Shown here: positions 58,506 to 64,000 of the stretch, one piece after another
How the letters are laid out: each line of letters starts with the position of its first letter
How positions within the stretch are numbered: the stretch's first letter is position 1
Origin: Emiliania huxleyi CCMP1516
Taxonomy: Eukaryota
Length of the DNA stretch: 64,000 nt
Direction: 5' to 3'
Assembly: GCF_000372725.1 (NCBI RefSeq)
Contig: NW_005201792.1
Coordinates: forward strand, 1,057,440 to 1,121,439
The notes under the pieces: model-generated
Databases searched by the model: none
Told to the model about the DNA's origin: nothing
The model's input: only the letters and a program-made list of their open reading frames with translations
Made by a program: the position numbers and the translations under genes

Positions 58506-61500
58506 ATGTCGCCCGACTACTTTGTGCGTGCCACGCGCAAGGGCGGGCTGCCGCTGTCAGTGGAGAAGCGGCGCTATGGCAAACCAGTCACGATCCTCGA
58601 AAACTGTGGTGGCGACGTGCCAGGGCTGCTCGCTGCGATCAAGGCTGCTCTAGGGACGGGAGGCACACTGCACGGCGGCGGCCTTGAGATCCAGGGCAGC
58701 CTGATCGAGCAGCTCAGTGCGTGGCTCCTTCGTGCCGGCATCGTGCGTGGCCTCGCAAAGCCCGCACGGCCGCACGAGAGCGAGGAGGATGCGGCCGCTG
58801 CGGACGCCGCCGTGGCCGCCGCACGGCCGCCGAGGGATCGGCCACGCTGGAGCGCGGAGCGTGTGGCGGCCGCCACTCGAGCGGCAACAACGGGCAGCAG
58901 CTCTCTCGCAGAGGCGTCGGGTGCGCGCAGCCCTTACGACGCGTTTTGCGCGCTCTGGCGTGGCTGGCCGTACTGGGACCAGGTGCAACCCGAGAGCCTC
59001 CACTCCCAAGCCGTCGCAACGGCTGCTGCTAGCGCCCTCGCCGCGCTCCGTCCAGACAGCTGTCGCTTGCCCCGCCGCCGTCCCGTCCCGGCCCCGGCCC
59101 CTCTGCCTGGCTGCTGGATCACGCCTTCGCGCCCCTGCAGGACTGGTCCCGGCTGCCGGAGGTGTGGAGCCGGGCTCGCGAGGAGGGGGGCCCCGCCCTG
59201 TCCCTCGAGGCCAGCTCTCTCGGGCAAGCAGGTGGCGTGAGAGTCTCTCTCCTGCTCCGGCGGGCGGGCGGCGGTGAGGAGGGGTGCGGGCTGGGTAGGT
59301 GCGGAGAGACCTGCGGTGCTGCAGACGGCAGAGGAGCTGTCGGCGGCGCTGCGCTGCCTTGGGATGCTCGCAGAGCCGTGCGCCTCGAGGCGAGATGCAG
59401 CCGCGACGTAGCCGAGATGTAGCCGCGATGTAGCCGCGATGTAGCCGCGATGTAGCCGAGCCGTGTACCTCGAGGCGTGCCGCATTCGGCAACCTCGGCC
59501 CTCGCCGCCTCAGACGCCGCCTCCCCCCCCGCCGGCCCGCGACTTGCGCCCGGCTCCCCCTCTGCAGGCAGACGCGAGCCCAGAGGCTCGCGGCGGCGCG
59601 CGGCGGCGGCGCGGCGCGCGCCAGCGCGGCGGCGAGAGGAGGCGCAGCGAGAGGAGGCGCAGCGAGAGGAGGCGCGGCGGGCACGGGCAGCGAGGCGGGA
59701 GGAGGGCAGCGGCTTGACGTCGCCGCGGCGCGCCGCCTCGTCCAGGTCTCCTCCTCCGCCGCCGAGAGATACCGTGCACGAGACAGCCGCACCCACCGAT
59801 ACCTCCCTCGGCTGTACCTCGGCTGTACCTCGGCTGTACCTCGGCTGTACCTCGGCTGTACCTCGGCTACATCTCGGACCACCCACCCCACCGAGATAGG
59901 CTTCCCTCGGCGCACAAGCGCGCAGCGGCGCCGCGCGGGCGGGTGGCGCTGGCGCGTCGCCGTCGCCGCACCGCGCGCCGGTGAGAGCTCTCCTTGCGTC
60001 TGCCGTCGCCTCGCCGCCCTTGTGCTTCACTATTCGCACGCCTTCCCGCGCCCCTCTCCACGCGCCCCTCCTCCCCGCTCCCGCCCCGCCCCTCGCCGCT
60101 CCCTCTCACTGACGTCTGTGTCTGGCCAGGGCGGGAGGCAGGGCGGGAGGCCGCCTCCTCCTCCGCCTCCTGCAGGCTGGCGGCCCGTCCGGCGCACGGC
60201 GAGAGGGGTTGTGCCGGCGGTTGCGCCGGCGGTTATGCCGGCGGTTGCGCCGGCGGTTGTGCCGCCGCCGGCGCGCGGTCGCGGTCGCGGCGCGGTGTCG
60301 GCCGGGCGGGTTTCCCGCGGGGGGGGAGGCGGAGGCGGAGGCGGAGGCGGAGGGGGGCGCGGCAGACGGCCTCGGCTCGCGCTGGGCGACGGCGATGGCT
60401 GGTCGGGCGACGAGTGGTTGTCGGACGAGGGGTGGGGGGGGGAGGGGTGGGGGGTGGAGGGGTGGGGGGAGGAGGGCTGGGGGGAGGAAGGTCGCCACGC
60501 GACGAGGAGCGGCGCGAAGGCAACGCCCGCGGCGGCAACCGCAGCGGCGCTGGCGGAGGCGCAGGCGCAGGCGCAGGCGGAGGAGGAGGAGGAGGAGGCC
60601 GCACTCGACGCGGCGATCGCTCTCTCTCTGCGCGACGGCGCTCTCGAGGCGGCGGAGGGGGGTGGGCGGTGTTGTGCGCACGGCCCGGGGCGAGCGACGG
60701 GGCGCGGCGCCGCCCCTAGGCGATCGAGGCGAGGCTGGCGGTGCAGAGGCAGCAGTGGGAGAGAGAGGTGCGGAGCGGCGGTGCGGCTCTCCGCCCGGCG
60801 GGCGGTGGTGCGGGGCCGCTGCACAGGACGTGCGAGGAGCTGTGGGGCGATTTGAGCGAGGAGGAGGCGCGCTCGCCCGCAGAGAGGAGCAGGGAGGAGC
60901 AGGGAGGAGGGTGCCAGGCTACCGCGGGCCTGACGGGCTCGGAGCCATCTGCAGGCGTTCGCGCTGGCGATCCGTCTCTCTGCCGAGGAGGCTGCGGCGG
61001 CTGGGCGGCCGGTCGGAGGCCTCTACGGCGGAGGCGACGGCGGAGGGTGCGGCAGCGGCGATGGAGAGAGCGACGCGTTCTCTTCTCTCCCGTCGACCGA
61101 CGACGAGCTCGAGGAGCAGCTGCTGCGCGAGGAGCAGTTGCGGCGACAGGCGGCAGCAGAGCCGCCATCGCACCCGCCGCGGCCGCGGTGGGACGGGGAG
61201 CCGCCGCCGCCGCCTCTGGGCGCCGGGGCCGCCTCTGCAGCCTTCAACGGCGGGATGGGCGAGGAGGAGGCTCTGAGGTCCGAGATCTAGCCGAGAGCTC
61301 GCCGAGATCAAGTCGAGATCTGGCCGAGATCTAGTCGAGATCTGGCCGAGAGCTAGCCCGAAGCCGTCTAGGTCAGCCCGGAGGGGGTGTCCACTCTTCC
61401 TCTCCTGGCTCTCCTCTCCCGGCTCTCCTCTCTCAGCTCTCCTCTCTCAGCTCTCCTCCCGCGCAGGCTCGCCCTCGCGCTCAGCGGCGAGGAGGCGGCG

Positions 61501-61857
61501 GCGGACGGGGCGGCGGTCGCCGAGTGGCCGGCGAGCAGGGCGAGGGCGGAGGCCGTCCATGACGCTCCGCCGACACCCTCTGAGGTGGCGCGCGGCCGAG
61601 GCCGGCGCGTTGGCGCTCGTGCAGACTCGTTTCCGCCGCCTGCCGCCATGTCTGCGCGCGAGCAGGCTGCGTACGCTTTATTGAGCGCGGCGCGGGGCGA
61701 GGACCTGGATGGGGAGGCCACCGTCGATTTCCTGCTCAGCATGTCGCCCTCTGACGCGCGCGAGTACGTGAGTGACTGGCTTGGATCCGCCGCAGCGGGC
61801 GCGGTCGAGGGTGCGCTGGCGGGTGCGCGCACTGAGGCGGAAAGAGGTTTGAGCTAG
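58506..61857 (+). CDS. SUI1(eIF1/YciH)-domain protein with UIM and C-terminal helical domain; multi-exon
   Basis: LSVEKRRYGKPVTILE...LLAAIKAALGTGGTL...LEIQG matches SUI1. EEEEAALDAAIALSL matches UIM. C-terminal DGEATVDFLLSMSPSDAREYVSDWLG. Joining these into one gene is inferred. Confidence 0.6.
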
Positions 61858-62779
61858 CGCGTTTTTTGTGACGATCATACTAAAAAACACCCGAAGCACC
61901 GGCCGGTGAAGGCCGCTCGCTGCCCGATGGCAGGCGCTTCAAAAAAAAGATGGAGACGCGGAGCTGCCGCTCAGGCAGGCGCGGCGGGAGGGGAGGCGCG
62001 AAATAGCGCCGGGAGCGAGATCCAGTCTCTCACCCCCACGGAAGACCGCAGGGGAGCCCGGCACCCACATTCCTCCACTCCCACCGGCCCAGCCACGGCG
62101 CTCGTGTGGCGGTGCGCGGTCCGCTCGCCACCCTGCTTTTGGTGGGCGAGCCGGCAAAAGCGCAGGGCGAAAACCCGGCGGGACTACCGTGCGACCTAGG
62201 GTTAGGGTTTGCGGAATGGCGCACTTGGTGCAGCCAGACCTCGGGGCGAGGAACCGACAATTCCCGCCACGTCTCCAGGCGCGCAACCTAAAAGAAAACA
62301 CTTTATAAACTACACGCCCTCGCCGACGATGCTTCAAACCCGATTTTCTTCCAGCTCTCTCTTCCAGAAGAATCCAGAATCACGATCCAGTTTCGCCTGG
62401 AAGACTCTCTCTCTATCAATGTATGTGGCTCTTACGTACGTCCCCTCTCTCGATGCCCACGCCGGCGGCGGCGGCCGCCTGGGGAGCGCATATGGCGGCG
62501 CAGGCGCAGGCGGCGGCGGCGGCACACCACAAACGGCGGCGGCCACCCCCACCCAGACGCCGTAGGCATATGACTGTAGGGCCCCAGAAGGCTAGCTGGT
62601 AGCTTCATTTGTAGTAGCACAGCCGCCGGTGTGCTAGAGAGGGGTCCCCGCAGACGCGCAGAGGTGTGGGACGGGAGGGTTGAGAGAGAGACCCATGACC
62701 ACCCATGACTACATGGACCACACTCACATGTCTTTGCATGTAATAGTTTTGTTATACCCTCATGGGGCACAAGAAAGAG

Positions 62780-63060
62780 GCTCTACGGGGTCTGACTGTG
62801 TACGGTGGTCTGTGCTGCTGTCGGGCTGTCAGCGCTGCTGTCAGGCCACTGTGTGCAACTGTCGGGCTGTCGGGCAGCTGTCAGGCTGTCACGTTAGGGC
62901 CTGACAGCGACGGAGCACCTCGACTGTCAGACTCTGCTGTCAGGCTGTCAGATACGTGCTGTGTCAGACTGTCGGAGAAAGTGCTGTCAGTGCGCTGTCA
63001 GCGCTGTCAGGCACTGGTCAGGCGCTGTCCGGGGTTTGCTGTCAGGCTGTCAGACCAGGG
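62780..63060. repeat. CTGTCAG/CTGTCGG-rich satellite-like array
   Basis: More than 15 dispersed CTGTC(A/G)G motifs and one inverted CTGACAG. Confidence 0.8.
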
Positions 63061-63235
63061 CTCAGTGCTGAACTCTGAACCTGGGATCTCACAGGACCAC
63101 GCTCCACGGTTTCAATGGGCGTTAAGTTTCATTGCGGACATTGCACATTGGGACGCGCAATGTCCCGCATGTATTGTCTCGGCTGAGAAAAACAACAACC
63201 TGACCAGGGAATCACGAAAAACGTATCGAGCGATG

Positions 63236-63904
63236 TCATCCGTGCCCGTCCCAGACGGAGTCGGACTCCCTCTCCCCGACCCTACCGCCATCCGAGTCTT
63301 CCCGCTCCTCGCCTCGCACCTCCAGCTCGAGTTGAGCCTCACCCGCCGGAGGAGCCTGCACTGCAGCCAGAGCCGTCGCCTCTCCCTCCCACGCCCCAAT
63401 TGCTACCTTGCAGAGAGGGCAGGTATCTTCCGTCAGCAGCCATCGGTCGATGCACTCCGCGTGGAAGTAATGGGCGCACGGAGTACGGCGGACTAGCCGA
63501 GCCGGCTCCGCCTCGAACTGCGACAGACAGATCGAGCACGCCTCCCCCTTCCCGTGCGGAGCGCCTCCACAGCAGCCCCGGCATGTGCAACCGCCCTCCT
63601 CGCAGCTGGCGCAGCTGCAGCGCCGGTACGACTGCTGCGGCATCGCGTCGAGGAGCCGCTCCATCTTCCTCAACTCGCCGTGGTCGCTCGCAGCGGTGCG
63701 AGTGGCTGCAGCCCGGATTTGCAGCCGCCGCCGTGCTATCAGGAGCAGCCCGCAGAGGAGCACGAGGCAGCAACTGCTCGCGAAAGAGATTCCCGCGAGG
63801 ACTATGCCGGACCACTCGCCTTCGGCGTTTGATGGCGGCGGCGGCCACAGCGGCGGGGGATTTGGCGGCGCCGGCGGTGAGAGCTCATACGTGTGATCGT
63901 ACAT
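63236..63904 (-). CDS. Transmembrane RING-H2 E3 ubiquitin ligase (ATL-like)
   Basis: TM segment GIVLAGISF...LLLIARRR, then CSICLSQF...TPCAHYFHAECIDRWL...TCPLCK (C3H2C3). Confidence 0.88.
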   Translation of the reverse strand: MYDHTYELSPPAPPNPPPLWPPPPSNAEGEWSGIVLAGISFASSCCLVLLCGLLLIARRRLQIRAAATRTAASDHGELRKMERLLDAMPQQSYRRCSCASCEEGGCTCRGCCGGAPHGKGEACSICLSQFEAEPARLVRRTPCAHYFHAECIDRWLLTEDTCPLCKVAIGAWEGEATALAAVQAPPAGEAQLELEVRGEEREDSDGGRVGERESDSVWDGHG

Positions 63905-64000
63905 CGTGTTTGTCGAGTCTGCAGGCACTCGACGTAGCCGCCGACGCACGGCTCCGCTTGAGTGGGCTCCGCTAACTAACGACCCGGGACCCGACCCCCC

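Overview
This is a GC-rich, intron-containing eukaryotic window. The frequent GC-AG introns, minisatellite-filled introns and gene content suggest a haptophyte, most likely Emiliania/Gephyrocapsa huxleyi (inferred, not database-confirmed). I can support about 23 protein-coding loci. The recognisable ones are WDR76/CMR1-like WD40, GST, CRAL-TRIO, pyruvate kinase, ZIP transporter, ABHD17-like hydrolase, TrhO-like rhodanese, MED23, BspA-type LRR, SDR, JmjN/JmjC demethylase and RING-H2 ligase. Less certain or unusual ones are a SAP+SUMO-like+TM protein, an integrase-repeat-unit protein, a MEI1/PRD1-like ARM protein, a stand-alone voltage-sensor protein, a SUI1+UIM protein and several hypotheticals. 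Genes are separated by mosaics of dispersed non-coding repeats, microsatellites and one MITE-like foldback. The most striking signal is intron architecture. Many short introns (often 64-75 nt) start with a near-copy of the next exon's first bases, or end with a copy of the previous exon's last bases. Several are filled with telomere-like or TACTAATTAAC arrays that multimerise branch-point motifs, and some appear to need GA donors. This looks like recent intron birth by duplication of AG|G(T/C/A) sites plus templated filler. No rRNA, tRNA or CRISPR was seen. Gene models were spliced by eye and family calls rest on remembered motifs. Repeat coordinates are approximate.
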